Assembly (NCBI GenBank): GCA_963823665.1 | Contig: CAWGMQ010000004.1 | Span: 2,208,001 to 2,272,000, forward strand | Origin: an uncultured Planctomycetota bacterium | GTDB taxonomy: Bacteria; Planctomycetota; Planctomycetia; Isosphaerales; Isosphaeraceae | Length of the DNA: 64,000 bases | Direction of reading: 5' to 3' | In this document: positions 50,245 to 60,775 of the stretch, in pieces | Numbering within the stretch: position 1 is the first letter of the stretch | Layout of the letters: every line of letters begins with the position of its first letter | Translations under genes and position numbers: made by a program | The notes under the pieces: model-generated | The model's database searches: none | Told to the model about the DNA's origin: nothing | Seen by the model: the letters and a program-made list of their open reading frames with translations, nothing else

Positions 50245-52842
50245 ATGACGAAATCCACTTGCCTCCATATCCAGGATCGAGAATCAGGCCCGATCCGCGT
50301 TGTAGAGCTGCCGTGGATCTCGGTACGCATCGGCCGCGCAGCCTACTGCGAGGTACGGCTCGCGGGGCTTGATCTACCAGATGAGGTCTGCCGCTTGCAG
50401 CGCCGGGGACTCACGTGGCGCCTTTTACCGACTGGCAGCGACTGTCCCGTCTTCATGAGCGGTCGGCGCCTGGGTGGCGTCTGCACCTTGCCGTTTAACG
50501 TTCCCTTTCGCGCGGGGCCATATTGCTTCACTCTCCGCCAGGACCGCTCTGTCCAACCAGACTGGCACATGTATGCAGGCCCGGCACCACTTCAAGAAGG
50601 TATCATAGAAAAACCGCCACTCGCCGAACTGGAGCCTGATCCGGTACCAGTGTCAGAGAGCTTGATTCTGCCTGCAGTAACCCGTTGCCGGATTGCAGCG
50701 CCTCCGCCCGTTGCTGACACAGCGCGCCTCCACAGGAACACGGTAAAACCACCGGTCACTGAAAAACGACCGGAACCCAAGCACTATGGTTCGCCACTAC
50801 TTGATTGCTACGAGCAATGGGATGCCCGCTGGAAGGCATTGAATGCTAAGGTGAATGCGCGTGCCGAGAGCAGGCTAAAGGCCCCCGAGTTCAGCCGGCC
50901 AGTCTACCGTTCCGACCTGGAGCCAGTGCCTCTTAGAGAGGCTCACACCCCTCTGATTGAGGTACCAACGAGCGCTGATCCCATCCGGGAGCTACAGTCG
51001 GAAACGATCGTATCCCAGCCACCTGTTCCGGCTCCAACCAGCTTGACCGAAACAGTTGAACTCGGACAACAGTTTACAGAGTTTCCTACGGAACTTCTCG
51101 CCGAGCAGCCGCTCATTGCAGCACACCAGACTGCCAACCTAACGGTCGTGGACAGCGTTTCTGATGCGCTCGATCTCATTCCAGCACCGCGGACTGCCAA
51201 TTCGACTGCTGTGGTCGATGTTTCTGATGAACAGCAGCATATCGTAGCACCCCAGACTGCCGACCTACTTACCGTGGGCTACGTTTCTGATGCGCTCGAT
51301 CTCATTCCAGCACCGTGGACTGCCAATTCAACCGCTGTGGATGACGATCCTGATGCGCAGCACGTCGTAGCACCCCAGACTGCCGACCTACTCGCCGTGG
51401 ACCATGTTCCTGATGCGCAGCAGTCGACCGCACCACCCCAGATTGGTGATCCAACCAAGGAGTCTGCTTCTGTCAATCCGGTTGACGTGCTCCCGGATTG
51501 CGAGATCGAGGACATGCAGTCCGAGCTTGAGCCCTCGACAATCAATCAGTCTTTCTACCAGGACGATTCCGAATACGAGACTCAGCCGAGGCATGCGGCA
51601 CCATCACTGACCAAGGATGTGGAATGGCCCTCGGCCAAGGATATACTCGCGGTCTACCAGGCCGCTCGACCCTGCCAGTCTCCAGTGAACACCGGTAAAA
51701 CCACGACAAAGAAGATCAGTCGACCCAGTCTTATGCCAACCCCGGAGCGCGAACCCTCCCACTGGGCTCCACCGATCGTTCTGACTGGTCCTGTTGCAGT
51801 CATCTTTATACTCGCGGCCGGACTCCTTGGCTGTTCACTCTCATGGTCGTGGGCTCAAGATTCCTATGCGGCGGCGATTGTGACCGATCGTCTCTTGACC
51901 AGCGATTTGACCCTCCAGCGCAGCCGTCTGCCTGACTCGGTCCAACCCCCGTCCGGAAGCTGGCTGACCTCAACTCCAGCGCACTTGACTAGCTGGGCTG
52001 TATTCCTCGGATACTTCCGCGGAGCGGAAAACCAATCTCCTGACGAAAGTGTAGCGCTCCTGGAACGTGCTCTGGCCGCTTCACCCGTTAATGCACAGGC
52101 CCGGCTTACACAGACGCTGCTTGAACCAGTTGATAGCACGAAAGCCGTATCTTCGCGCAGCATGGGTCTCAGCCGCGATGTAGCTAGTCTATCTTGCAGC
52201 GCTCGCCGACTTGTAGCAGCAGGGAAGAAAGACGAAGCACTTGCTCTCTTCGGACGCGCACTTTCGCTCGCTGTCCCTGAGAAGTCGTCTCGTTACCACT
52301 TGCCACGATTCAGCGAAGATCCAGGTGCTCCCCGCTATCTGCTACCCGGCGAAGAGCCGGTACGCGAGATCATTGTAGAATTTATCTCCCAGAACACATG
52401 GACATTCGAAGAATGGTCGCGCGTGCTCCCGGAGAATCCGGTTGTCTTGATCGCGGCCGCTCGGCTTCTGCGCGAGCGAGGTCGCGGCGAAGTAGAAATC
52501 ATGCTGGACCGCATTCTCAAGCAAACGGTGATTCCGCCCTCTTCCTCCGAGGCTGGGCCAGTCAAGCTTGCTGCATGCGCAGAGGCTCTCGCGTTTCGCT
52601 CGCGTTTCAAAGAATCCCATCAGCTTTATCATCAGGCGATTGATTTGATCGATGACCCGACTATCCGGCGGTCCTGGTGGTTCAACCTGGCGGATATCGC
52701 CTATCGGTCAGATGACGATATAGAGCGTCAGGCTGCACTCCGATCGGCGTTGGCTGTTGCATTTAGCGATGACATCACGCGCCGCGCAACTGATATTCAG
52801 CGTACAACCCTCGTGCGGTCAACAGGTGTAAAGGCAAACTAG
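50245..52842 (+). CDS. Protein with FHA-like N-terminus, acidic repeat linker, one TM and TPR-like C-terminus
   Basis: VRIGRAAYCEVRL, TM GPVAVIFILAAGLLGCSLSW and a helical C-terminal region. Confidence 0.6.
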   Translation: MTKSTCLHIQDRESGPIRVVELPWISVRIGRAAYCEVRLAGLDLPDEVCRLQRRGLTWRLLPTGSDCPVFMSGRRLGGVCTLPFNVPFRAGPYCFTLRQDRSVQPDWHMYAGPAPLQEGIIEKPPLAELEPDPVPVSESLILPAVTRCRIAAPPPVADTARLHRNTVKPPVTEKRPEPKHYGSPLLDCYEQWDARWKALNAKVNARAESRLKAPEFSRPVYRSDLEPVPLREAHTPLIEVPTSADPIRELQSETIVSQPPVPAPTSLTETVELGQQFTEFPTELLAEQPLIAAHQTANLTVVDSVSDALDLIPAPRTANSTAVVDVSDEQQHIVAPQTADLLTVGYVSDALDLIPAPWTANSTAVDDDPDAQHVVAPQTADLLAVDHVPDAQQSTAPPQIGDPTKESASVNPVDVLPDCEIEDMQSELEPSTINQSFYQDDSEYETQPRHAAPSLTKDVEWPSAKDILAVYQAARPCQSPVNTGKTTTKKISRPSLMPTPEREPSHWAPPIVLTGPVAVIFILAAGLLGCSLSWSWAQDSYAAAIVTDRLLTSDLTLQRSRLPDSVQPPSGSWLTSTPAHLTSWAVFLGYFRGAENQSPDESVALLERALAASPVNAQARLTQTLLEPVDSTKAVSSRSMGLSRDVASLSCSARRLVAAGKKDEALALFGRALSLAVPEKSSRYHLPRFSEDPGAPRYLLPGEEPVREIIVEFISQNTWTFEEWSRVLPENPVVLIAAARLLRERGRGEVEIMLDRILKQTVIPPSSSEAGPVKLAACAEALAFRSRFKESHQLYHQAIDLIDDPTIRRSWWFNLADIAYRSDDDIERQAALRSALAVAFSDDITRRATDIQRTTLVRSTGVKAN
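51112..51450 (+). repeat. Intragenic ~60-bp (20-21 aa) tandem repeats, about five units in A-B-A-B-A order
   Basis: cgtttctgatgcgctcgatctcattccagcaccg occurs twice; tcgtagcaccccagactgccgacctact occurs twice. Confidence 0.85.
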
Positions 52843-52877
52843 TCCAGAACGATTGATAACACGAAGGACGATAGAAC

Positions 52878-53870
52878 ATGGCGGCGAAATCGAAGCGGCT
52901 TTCGGTGAAATCCGACCAATCAGAACAGCACGACAGCCTGCTCTTGATGGTTCATGCCGCTGGGGTTGATCCCGCACGACGTGTAGGCCTTCTTTGCGGA
53001 CTCATATGTCTGGGCATGTTCGTGCGCATCTTCTGGGTGAACCTGGGACATTTCTACTATGCCTGGACGACTGACGAAAACTACAGCCACGGCTTCCTGG
53101 TCCCCATGATCAGCCTCTACTTTGCCAACCGTGTTGCCTCGAACGGACCGATCCCGGTTCGTGGAGGCACCTGGCTGGGAGGCTCGCTCTTGGTCTCCTC
53201 GCTCGTGCTGCGTCTCATCACGATTCCGTTGCCCATTCCGTTTTTGAGCGATGTCGCATTGCTCATCGGGCTGACCGGGCTATTCACGATGATGATGGGA
53301 GCGACGGCCCTCAAGCATTACTGGTTCGCGTTCTTCTTCCTGGTGTTCATGGTCCCCCTTCCGATCGCGCTTTATTCGAAAATTGCTTCGCCATTGCAAC
53401 TACTTGCCAGCCGCGTTGCCTCGATCTTGATGACCGCCAGTGGTGTGCCTGTGCTTCGTGAAGGGAACAAAATGACCTTGCCCGGTGGGTTGCAGATGTT
53501 CGTCGCCGAAGCGTGTAGCGGAATGCGGCAGTTGACCGGCTTCCTGGCGCTCACGGCTGCCGTGGCCTACTGGACGAAGCGCCCGCCTTGGTATCGCGTG
53601 GTGATCGTGATCTCCGCCTTGCCAATCGCGCTCTCGGCAAACATCGCTCGGGTGATGCTCACCGGATATATCATGCACTTTGTCAACCCGCAGTTTGCAC
53701 TCGGAACTTATCACACCGTCGAGGGGTTGCTCATGATGGCGTTCGGCCTTCTGCTCCTTCAAGCCGAGTGCTGGGGCCTTGATCAGATCTGCCGGATGAA
53801 GCTCTTCGAGCGAGGACAGTATCCAGAGAATGACATGCCGCAAACAAGGTCGCTCGCCGTGGGATCGTGA
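52878..53870 (+). CDS. Exosortase (EpsH/Xrt family)
   Basis: YSHGFLVP, VAEACSGMR (Cys), ANIARV (Arg) and YHTVEG (His). Confidence 0.92.
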   Translation: MAAKSKRLSVKSDQSEQHDSLLLMVHAAGVDPARRVGLLCGLICLGMFVRIFWVNLGHFYYAWTTDENYSHGFLVPMISLYFANRVASNGPIPVRGGTWLGGSLLVSSLVLRLITIPLPIPFLSDVALLIGLTGLFTMMMGATALKHYWFAFFFLVFMVPLPIALYSKIASPLQLLASRVASILMTASGVPVLREGNKMTLPGGLQMFVAEACSGMRQLTGFLALTAAVAYWTKRPPWYRVVIVISALPIALSANIARVMLTGYIMHFVNPQFALGTYHTVEGLLMMAFGLLLLQAECWGLDQICRMKLFERGQYPENDMPQTRSLAVGS

Positions 53871-53920
53871 CGGTATTTCTTGAGGGGTGCCGCATTCGAT
53901 CAAGCATTGCAAGGAAGGAT

Positions 53921-54601
53921 ATGGTGATGTCTCAAATAAAGCGAGCTGTTCTCTGCGGCGTAATTCTCGCCATCGGCATCGCTGCGCAGGCTGCCCTTGA
54001 GACGATGAACCGAACCGAGCGGCCTGAATTACGACTGCCGCTTGCCACAGTTCCGCTCATCCTTGGCGATTGGATGGGACATGATCTGCCAGTTGAAGCC
54101 GACATAGTCGAGCGGGCTCAGACGACCGAGTACCTGAGCCGCGCCTATGAAAGCGCCCGGCACCCCGGTTTCAATTTGCAGCTCTGGATCAACTATTCCC
54201 GTCAAGGAAACAACCTCAGGCATACACCCGAGATCTGTCTTCCCTCCAGCGGGTGGAACAAGATCGAGTCTCAAACTCGCATACTCTCGGTGCCTGCCGG
54301 GCACGACCGGCCGCTCACCATCACCCGGCTCGGCTATGGACGGGATGAAGTGGTGGAATATGTCGGGTTCTGGTACTACATCTTCGGAGAAGGAAAGCTT
54401 GAAAACTATGTGCGAAGCCTTCCCATCACGAGCCGGAGCAGTCACGGTCGTACAACACGCGGCTCGTCAATGACAGTTGAAATCTTCTACCCAGCCGAGC
54501 TTGATCCCGATGGTGAAGTTTTGCGAGATTTCGCTCGCGAATTGCTGAAGGAGCTGGAAAACATCCTGCCCCTCGAGCGCGCCGACTATCACATCCCCTG
54601 A
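53921..54601 (+). CDS. EpsI-family exosortase-associated protein
   Basis: PLILGDWMG and HTPEICLPSSGW; directly follows the exosortase. Confidence 0.85.
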   Translation: MVMSQIKRAVLCGVILAIGIAAQAALETMNRTERPELRLPLATVPLILGDWMGHDLPVEADIVERAQTTEYLSRAYESARHPGFNLQLWINYSRQGNNLRHTPEICLPSSGWNKIESQTRILSVPAGHDRPLTITRLGYGRDEVVEYVGFWYYIFGEGKLENYVRSLPITSRSSHGRTTRGSSMTVEIFYPAELDPDGEVLRDFARELLKELENILPLERADYHIP

Positions 54602-54650
54602 ATGCCACGGTGGGCAAGCATTAGTAGAGTCAAGGAAGATCGAGGCCGAA

Positions 54651-56033
54651 ATGAAGTCGCAACGATCTGGCACGAGGGTGATGGTCGCTTGTCCGGATGC
54701 GCGTTCACCTGCTTATCAGGCTGTGATCGGCCTTCACCGCGCCGCAAAACTGCATTCGTTCGTGACGGCCAGTTACTATAACCCCGCGGGCTGTCTTGCC
54801 TCGATTTGTCGCAGGCTTGCACCGGCTCGATTCAGTCGATTAGAGCACACCCTGCGGCGACGACATGACCCGGAAATCCCCCCTGCCCTTGTACATGATG
54901 CCCCGTCGTTCGACCTCCTGCTCCGGCTTGAGGCTCGGCTTGACAAAAAATTTCCTCATCTCAGCCGCGCCGTGGCCCAGTACCGGACAATGCGATTTGA
55001 CGCTCAACTGGCCCGCGCAATCGCTCGTGATCGTCCCGAGCTCGTACTTGCATTCAGCGACGTGGGCTCGCTGGCTGCTCTTCCGCTCTGCCGGCGTCTG
55101 GGAATCAAGACCATCGTCAGCATGGTCCATGGAGACGTGCGGCAAGAGCAAGAAGTGCTCGAACGAGAAGCAGGCTCATCACCCGAGTTCATGCCGATCT
55201 ACCTTGGATCGAGCGACCTCGATCGTGTTCTCCTGACCTGGTTGCATGATCGTCGCCTTCGCGATCTCGCGTTGGCTGATCGCGTGCTTGTCCCCTCTCA
55301 GCACATCGCCGAAACTCTGGTTCGGTACGGAACACCCGCCGGCAAAGTTCGTGTGATTCCCTACGCGGCTGACTGCCAGCGATTCTGCCCACCCATCTCA
55401 AAGCACCGTGGGTCAGATTGCACCTTCCTTTTCGCCGGGGGAATCAGCCAGCGTAAAGGGATCAAGTATCTGCTCGAAGCCTGGCGACGAATTCACCGGC
55501 CTGGGTGGCGGCTTCAGCTTCTCGGTCCATTGCCGGCAAATCTAGACCCGCTTAAACCCTATTTGGATCTGGTCGAGCCTCTGGGACGGGTTTCACAATC
55601 CGAGATGCCCGCGCGCATGGCATCAGCCGACGTTTTCGTATTTCCGTCACTGTTCGAGGGATCTGCTGTCGTCACCTACGAGGCACTCGCCACTGGTTTG
55701 CCTTGTGTAGTTACACCAAGTGCGGGGTCGGTCGTTCGTGATGGTGTTGAAGGATTTGTTGTCCCCCAGGGCCAGGTCGATGACCTGGCTCGTCGCATGG
55801 AGCAGCTCGGTAATGACCCCGGCTTGCGTGCTTCCATGGCCAGGGCAGCACGCACTCGAGCACTATCATTTGACTGGCCGCAATATCACGAGCGTCTGAT
55901 CGCGGCCGTTGAGGAGTTGCTGTACGCGGAGGTCGCATCCCCGCTGCAATCGCATTTAAACGAGCATGACGGTTCCCGCACAACATCCTTTGCTACCAGT
56001 CAAGCAGATTCCTCTTGTGCCTCGTTGAGCTGA
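54651..56033 (+). CDS. GT4-family glycosyltransferase
   Basis: RKGIKYLLEAW and FPSLFEGSAVVTYEALATGLP. Confidence 0.92.
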   Translation: MKSQRSGTRVMVACPDARSPAYQAVIGLHRAAKLHSFVTASYYNPAGCLASICRRLAPARFSRLEHTLRRRHDPEIPPALVHDAPSFDLLLRLEARLDKKFPHLSRAVAQYRTMRFDAQLARAIARDRPELVLAFSDVGSLAALPLCRRLGIKTIVSMVHGDVRQEQEVLEREAGSSPEFMPIYLGSSDLDRVLLTWLHDRRLRDLALADRVLVPSQHIAETLVRYGTPAGKVRVIPYAADCQRFCPPISKHRGSDCTFLFAGGISQRKGIKYLLEAWRRIHRPGWRLQLLGPLPANLDPLKPYLDLVEPLGRVSQSEMPARMASADVFVFPSLFEGSAVVTYEALATGLPCVVTPSAGSVVRDGVEGFVVPQGQVDDLARRMEQLGNDPGLRASMARAARTRALSFDWPQYHERLIAAVEELLYAEVASPLQSHLNEHDGSRTTSFATSQADSSCASLS

Positions 56034-56040
56034 TTGGCCG

Positions 56041-57423
56041 GTGATGGAAGAGATCAATTACATCTATGCGACGGCCGGGCTGATGGTGCTTTATTTTCTG
56101 CACCAGGTCGTCTTCCGGAAATTCGATCCATTTGCACCGGTCTGGCTGTTCCTGGTCGGGTATCTGCAAATCTACGTCATTCAGGCGTTTAACTTTCACG
56201 ACTGGGCTGTTGAAGTACGCGGCAAGGATCTCGTGACGGCAGCTAACTTTCGGTCTTTCTGGGCACTCCTCTGGTTCCTGCTGGTCTACCAGCTCGGCCC
56301 CACGCGGATCGTGGCCCGGATTCTACCACGGCCTCCGGTGAACTGGTCGACGCTCTTGCCGACTGTAATCTGCCCTCCGCTCATTATTTGGGGGCTCTTC
56401 TGCGCGAATATGTTTGTCGAGGGCGACGCTCCAACCGTTGAGAGTTTTTCGAGCGAGGAGGCGCTTTTCCGATCATTTCCATTCGTGATGCTGGTGGCTG
56501 CGGTGATGCTTGTCATCACTGGTCGCACGACGCAGACAACACGTCCCGTTTATCTGACGCTCGGGCTGCTGGTCGGGGCCGCGTATGTCGCGATCTGGAT
56601 GTTCAACGGTAAGCGTTCTCACTCGCTCATGGGCCTGCTCGCCACGGTCTGTGCCCTCTACCTCACTCGTCTCAAACGCCCCTCCTGGCCCGTCTTGATC
56701 ACGACTGTTGTCTTGGGGGCGCTGGTCGTGACGATCGCACTCGGTTGGCGAGAAGCCTCTAATTATCAGCGGACCGTGGCTGGGTTCATGCAGTTTGTCG
56801 GCGATTTTCAGCCGCAGAAAATCCTCGTCAACTTGAACGTCAAGGATGAAGACGAAGCAGTCGAGTTTAAGTCGTACGAGTCATACGAATACGGCGGGTT
56901 CCTCTTGATGCTGGACACCGTTCCGGAGAAATCACCCTACGACTTTGGCGAGAACTACATACGAGTCGTTTCGACCTACATTCCACGAATTATCTGGCCC
57001 AGCAAGCCGTTATTCGGCCGTAGTAAATGGATCGGCGCATGGATGGCCGGGTCAGAGATGGAACGCGCTGAGGATTTCACAGGCCCGGCTATTGGTATTC
57101 TGGGAGCCACTCAGCTTAACGGCGGTGCCCTCGGCACTCTGATCGTGCTGGGTTGCCTCGCGATGATCCTACGCTCAGCCTACGAATACCTTCGTCTCTA
57201 CCCCCATGTTCCATGGGTCCAGTTCTGCTGGTCCATCACGTACTACAACGCCTGGTTCATGGTCGTCAACGACGATCCCATCGTGTGGTTTTACTACAAC
57301 TGGGGGTTCACGGCGCTTCCTATCGTGGTGCTTTCATGGCTGTGGAATCGCGGTTGCGCAAGGCACACCCCAATCGCACAACCTGGTCCAAGCCTGATCG
57401 AGCTAGCAAGAAGGCGGTTTTAA
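56041..57423 (+). CDS. Wzy-like polysaccharide polymerase
   Basis: About 10 TMs, GKRS and YIPRIIWPSKP; EPS-locus context. Confidence 0.7.
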   Translation: MMEEINYIYATAGLMVLYFLHQVVFRKFDPFAPVWLFLVGYLQIYVIQAFNFHDWAVEVRGKDLVTAANFRSFWALLWFLLVYQLGPTRIVARILPRPPVNWSTLLPTVICPPLIIWGLFCANMFVEGDAPTVESFSSEEALFRSFPFVMLVAAVMLVITGRTTQTTRPVYLTLGLLVGAAYVAIWMFNGKRSHSLMGLLATVCALYLTRLKRPSWPVLITTVVLGALVVTIALGWREASNYQRTVAGFMQFVGDFQPQKILVNLNVKDEDEAVEFKSYESYEYGGFLLMLDTVPEKSPYDFGENYIRVVSTYIPRIIWPSKPLFGRSKWIGAWMAGSEMERAEDFTGPAIGILGATQLNGGALGTLIVLGCLAMILRSAYEYLRLYPHVPWVQFCWSITYYNAWFMVVNDDPIVWFYYNWGFTALPIVVLSWLWNRGCARHTPIAQPGPSLIELARRRF

Positions 57424-58622
57424 TGAAGTTCGCCTTGTGTTTCACCAACTTTGGACCGTATCACCTGGCCCGGCTTCGCGCGCTGGCAAGCCAGTTGCGC
57501 TCAAGAGACGCTGAGTTGATCGCGTATGAGGTAGCAGGTAGTGAGCAAACATATCCATGGCGACGAAGCCATTCCGATGAGCCGTTTAAGTGGATCACGT
57601 TCTTCCCCGATCGTGCACTCGAAACAATTTCCGCGGTCGAGTGCCGCACAGCCATGACAACCGCACTTGACCGTGATCGCCCTGATGTCATCGGCTCCGT
57701 TGGATATGTACGGCCGGAATCCATGGCTGCTGCACGCTGGGCGCGCTTGCACGGCCTGCCAGCAATATTAATGTCTGAGAGCCAGGCGATTGACCGGCCT
57801 CATCGTTGGTGGAAAGAGCTCATCAAGCAGCGGCGTCTGCATTGGTTTGACGCAGCTCTGGTTGGCGGGCCCACGCATCGCAACTACCTGATCCAGCTCG
57901 GAATGCCAGCCAGCCGGATCGCGCTGGGCTACAACGCAGTTGACAATAATTTTTTCGCCGAGAACGCTCGCATGTGGTTACAGCAGGCGAATAGCCGCTC
58001 CGGCTTGCCATCCGTTCCCTATTTCCTCACAGTCTGTCGCTTCGTTCCCGAGAAAAATCTGGTTCGCTTAATCAAGGCATTTGCACGCTATCGTTCCCAT
58101 TGTGATCGTGGTGTTGCCTGGGACCTGGTCTTGTGCGGCGACGGCCCTCTCGCCTTCCAGATCGAGCAAGCTATTGCAGAGAGCCGCTGCTCGCAGGCAA
58201 TTCACCGTCCCGGATTCCTTCAGTCTGATGCATTGCCGCGGTGGTACGCTCATGCCGGTGCTTTTGTGCTCCCGAGTGTATCCGAGCCCTGGGGGCTCGT
58301 TGTCAATGAAGCCGCTGCAAGCGGCCTGCCGCTTCTGGTCTCCTCACTCGCTGGTTGTGCACCTGTGCTCGTGCCACAGTCTGACGGTATGACGGGGAGT
58401 CAATGTAATCCATTCGACGTCGACGCAATTGCGCAGAAGCTCGCCTGGATGGCTGCGCTACCTGATCAAGATCGCTGTGCAATGGGCAAGAAAGCGGCCG
58501 AGCTAGTTTCCCACTGGGGTCCCGATCGCTTCGCTCAAGGCGTGCTTGAAGCGATTGACATTGCCCGCGTTCCACGTCGCCTTAGTAGCTACTCTGGCTC
58601 TCTAACTGCGAAAGCGAGATAA
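57423..58622 (+). CDS. GT4-family glycosyltransferase
   Basis: PEKNLVRLI and LPSVSEPWGLVVNEAAASGLP; TAATG coupling to the upstream gene. Confidence 0.92.
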   Translation: MKFALCFTNFGPYHLARLRALASQLRSRDAELIAYEVAGSEQTYPWRRSHSDEPFKWITFFPDRALETISAVECRTAMTTALDRDRPDVIGSVGYVRPESMAAARWARLHGLPAILMSESQAIDRPHRWWKELIKQRRLHWFDAALVGGPTHRNYLIQLGMPASRIALGYNAVDNNFFAENARMWLQQANSRSGLPSVPYFLTVCRFVPEKNLVRLIKAFARYRSHCDRGVAWDLVLCGDGPLAFQIEQAIAESRCSQAIHRPGFLQSDALPRWYAHAGAFVLPSVSEPWGLVVNEAAASGLPLLVSSLAGCAPVLVPQSDGMTGSQCNPFDVDAIAQKLAWMAALPDQDRCAMGKKAAELVSHWGPDRFAQGVLEAIDIARVPRRLSSYSGSLTAKAR

Positions 58623-58626
58623 CGAC

Positions 58627-59844
58627 ATGACGAAACCACAACTTCTAAAGCAGTCTCTCATGCCAGCTCGCCGCGCGATCAACTCAATCGCTCTTCCTCC
58701 GATACCTGGGCGCAAAGGCTGGTTGCATCTCTGCAACGGGCTTGATCCTGTGCGCGATGGCGGGATGGTTCCCAGCATCCTTGGAATGACCGAAGCCCTT
58801 GCCCGTCTGCGTGGTGAAATCACCATCGTCACTCCTACACCGTCGCGATTGAATGACTTGAGTATTCCCGCCGCACTGTCACTTAAAGGTCCGGAGACAG
58901 ACCTTGAGGCATCAATTCGTACGGCGGAAATAGTCCACCTTCATGGTCTGTGGCAGTCTCATACCCGCCGCGGTGCTCGCACCGCCCGCGCCGCCCGAAT
59001 CCCTTACCTGATCACAGCCCACGGTATGGCTGAGCCATGGGCCTTACGCAATAAGCGCTGGAAAAAGCGCGTCTATCTGGCACTGATCGAATCGCGCAAC
59101 CTCCGCCGCGCATCGTGCCTGCACGCTCTCTCACGTCCAGAGATTGACCACCTGCGCCAGCTCGCCCCCTGGACACCGATCTGTTTTATTCCCAACGGAG
59201 TCGATCTGGATCCTCTCGACAATCTACCCTCACGAAAGGTGCTAGAGGCTGAGATTCCCGAGCTTGCTGGTAAGTTTGTTCTGCTTTTCTTCGGGCGAGT
59301 GCATGTCAAGAAGGGGCTTGACCTGCTCGCCGAGGCGCTTGGCCGTGTTGCGCCCGCACATCCTGACGTCCACCTGATTATCGCTGGTACGGATGACGGT
59401 GCTTTATCTCCGTTCCGCGATAGATTGGCCGAGCTTGGCTTGACCCGCAAGATGACATACCTTGGGCATGTTTCCGGTGAACGGGCACGCCAGGTATGGG
59501 CTGCGGCTGATGCCTTTGTGTTGCCCAGCTATAGCGAAGGTTTCAGTATGGCGGTTCTTGAAGCAATGGCTTGCCGGCTGCCGTGCCTGATCACCACGAC
59601 ATGTCATTTCGCTGAAGCCGCTGCTGCTGGTGCTGCGATTGTCACTCCCGCAAACGCTGCAGCGATCACCGAAGGCCTGCGTGAATTGCTCGAAATGACA
59701 GTCGACCAACGATTTCGGCTTGGTGCAAACGCCCGGAGATTGGTAGAGGCACACTACACATGGGACCGCCAGGCAGCACGGCTGGCTGCTGTCTACAACT
59801 GGCTTGAGGGCGGTGGGCCAGCTCCGGAGTCCGTGATACAATGA
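58627..59844 (+). CDS. GT4-family glycosyltransferase
   Basis: HLHGLW, KKGLDLL and LPSYSEGFSMAVLEAMAC. Confidence 0.92.
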   Translation: MTKPQLLKQSLMPARRAINSIALPPIPGRKGWLHLCNGLDPVRDGGMVPSILGMTEALARLRGEITIVTPTPSRLNDLSIPAALSLKGPETDLEASIRTAEIVHLHGLWQSHTRRGARTARAARIPYLITAHGMAEPWALRNKRWKKRVYLALIESRNLRRASCLHALSRPEIDHLRQLAPWTPICFIPNGVDLDPLDNLPSRKVLEAEIPELAGKFVLLFFGRVHVKKGLDLLAEALGRVAPAHPDVHLIIAGTDDGALSPFRDRLAELGLTRKMTYLGHVSGERARQVWAAADAFVLPSYSEGFSMAVLEAMACRLPCLITTTCHFAEAAAAGAAIVTPANAAAITEGLRELLEMTVDQRFRLGANARRLVEAHYTWDRQAARLAAVYNWLEGGGPAPESVIQ

Positions 59845-60722
59845 AGCGGAAAGCCCCCCTTAGCGTGATCATTCCCGTCAAGAACGAGGCTGAAAACCTG
59901 AAGCGCTGCCTCTCCGCCCTCGACTGGGCCGACGAGGTCTTCGTCGTGGACAGTCAGAGTACTGACGATACGGAAAAGGTCGCGGTTGCTTTGGGCGTGC
60001 GAGCTGTTCAATTCCGATTCAACGGAACCTATCCCAAGAAGAAAAACTGGGCACTCGACCATCTTCCGTTCCGTAACGAGTGGGTCTTGATCGTCGACGC
60101 CGACGAGGTCGTCGGTCCTGAGCTTGCTGCCGAAATCTCTCATCGAATCGGCACCAATGAAGCCGACGGTTATTACCTGAACTCGCACTATTACTTTCTC
60201 GGTCGCCCAATTCGTCACTGCGGGTACGACGCATGCTGGAACTTGCGCCTGTTCAAACACAGGCTCGGTCGCTACGAGAAGATGCCCGACTCCACCGGCG
60301 GGCGCACCGGAGATAATGAGGCTCATGAGCACGTGGAGCTGAACGGACAAGCTATACGGCTCAAGAATGTTCTCGAACACCACGCTTACCCCACGATTGC
60401 TACCTGGGTTGAAAAGCACAACCGGTATGCAATCTGGGAGGCCGCGGAATCCGAGCGGTTCCTTCGCAACCCCATTCCTCAGTCAATCGGCAGCGTTCAG
60501 CGTTTCAAACGACGGCTCAAAAAAATCGCCTGGCATCTGCCGATGCGCCCGCTCGTCCGTTTCATCTACGCCTATGTATTGCGCTTTGGCTTCCTCGATG
60601 GAAAACCAGGCTTCGTCTTCTGTGGGCTTCTGGCCTTTTATGACTTCCTGGCATCCGCCAATCGTTACGAACAACAGATCGCCGGGAATCATTCTGCCGC
60701 TGGCTTGCCCGTGAGAGCATGA
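59841..60722 (+). CDS. GT2-family glycosyltransferase
   Basis: SVIIPVKNE, VVDSQSTDDT, VDADE and GFLDGKPG. Confidence 0.92.
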   Translation: MKRKAPLSVIIPVKNEAENLKRCLSALDWADEVFVVDSQSTDDTEKVAVALGVRAVQFRFNGTYPKKKNWALDHLPFRNEWVLIVDADEVVGPELAAEISHRIGTNEADGYYLNSHYYFLGRPIRHCGYDACWNLRLFKHRLGRYEKMPDSTGGRTGDNEAHEHVELNGQAIRLKNVLEHHAYPTIATWVEKHNRYAIWEAAESERFLRNPIPQSIGSVQRFKRRLKKIAWHLPMRPLVRFIYAYVLRFGFLDGKPGFVFCGLLAFYDFLASANRYEQQIAGNHSAAGLPVRA

Positions 60723-60775
60723 ACCCGGCGTCACAATACGCCGGGTTTCCGCTCCGCCATACGCTTCGCACTCGA

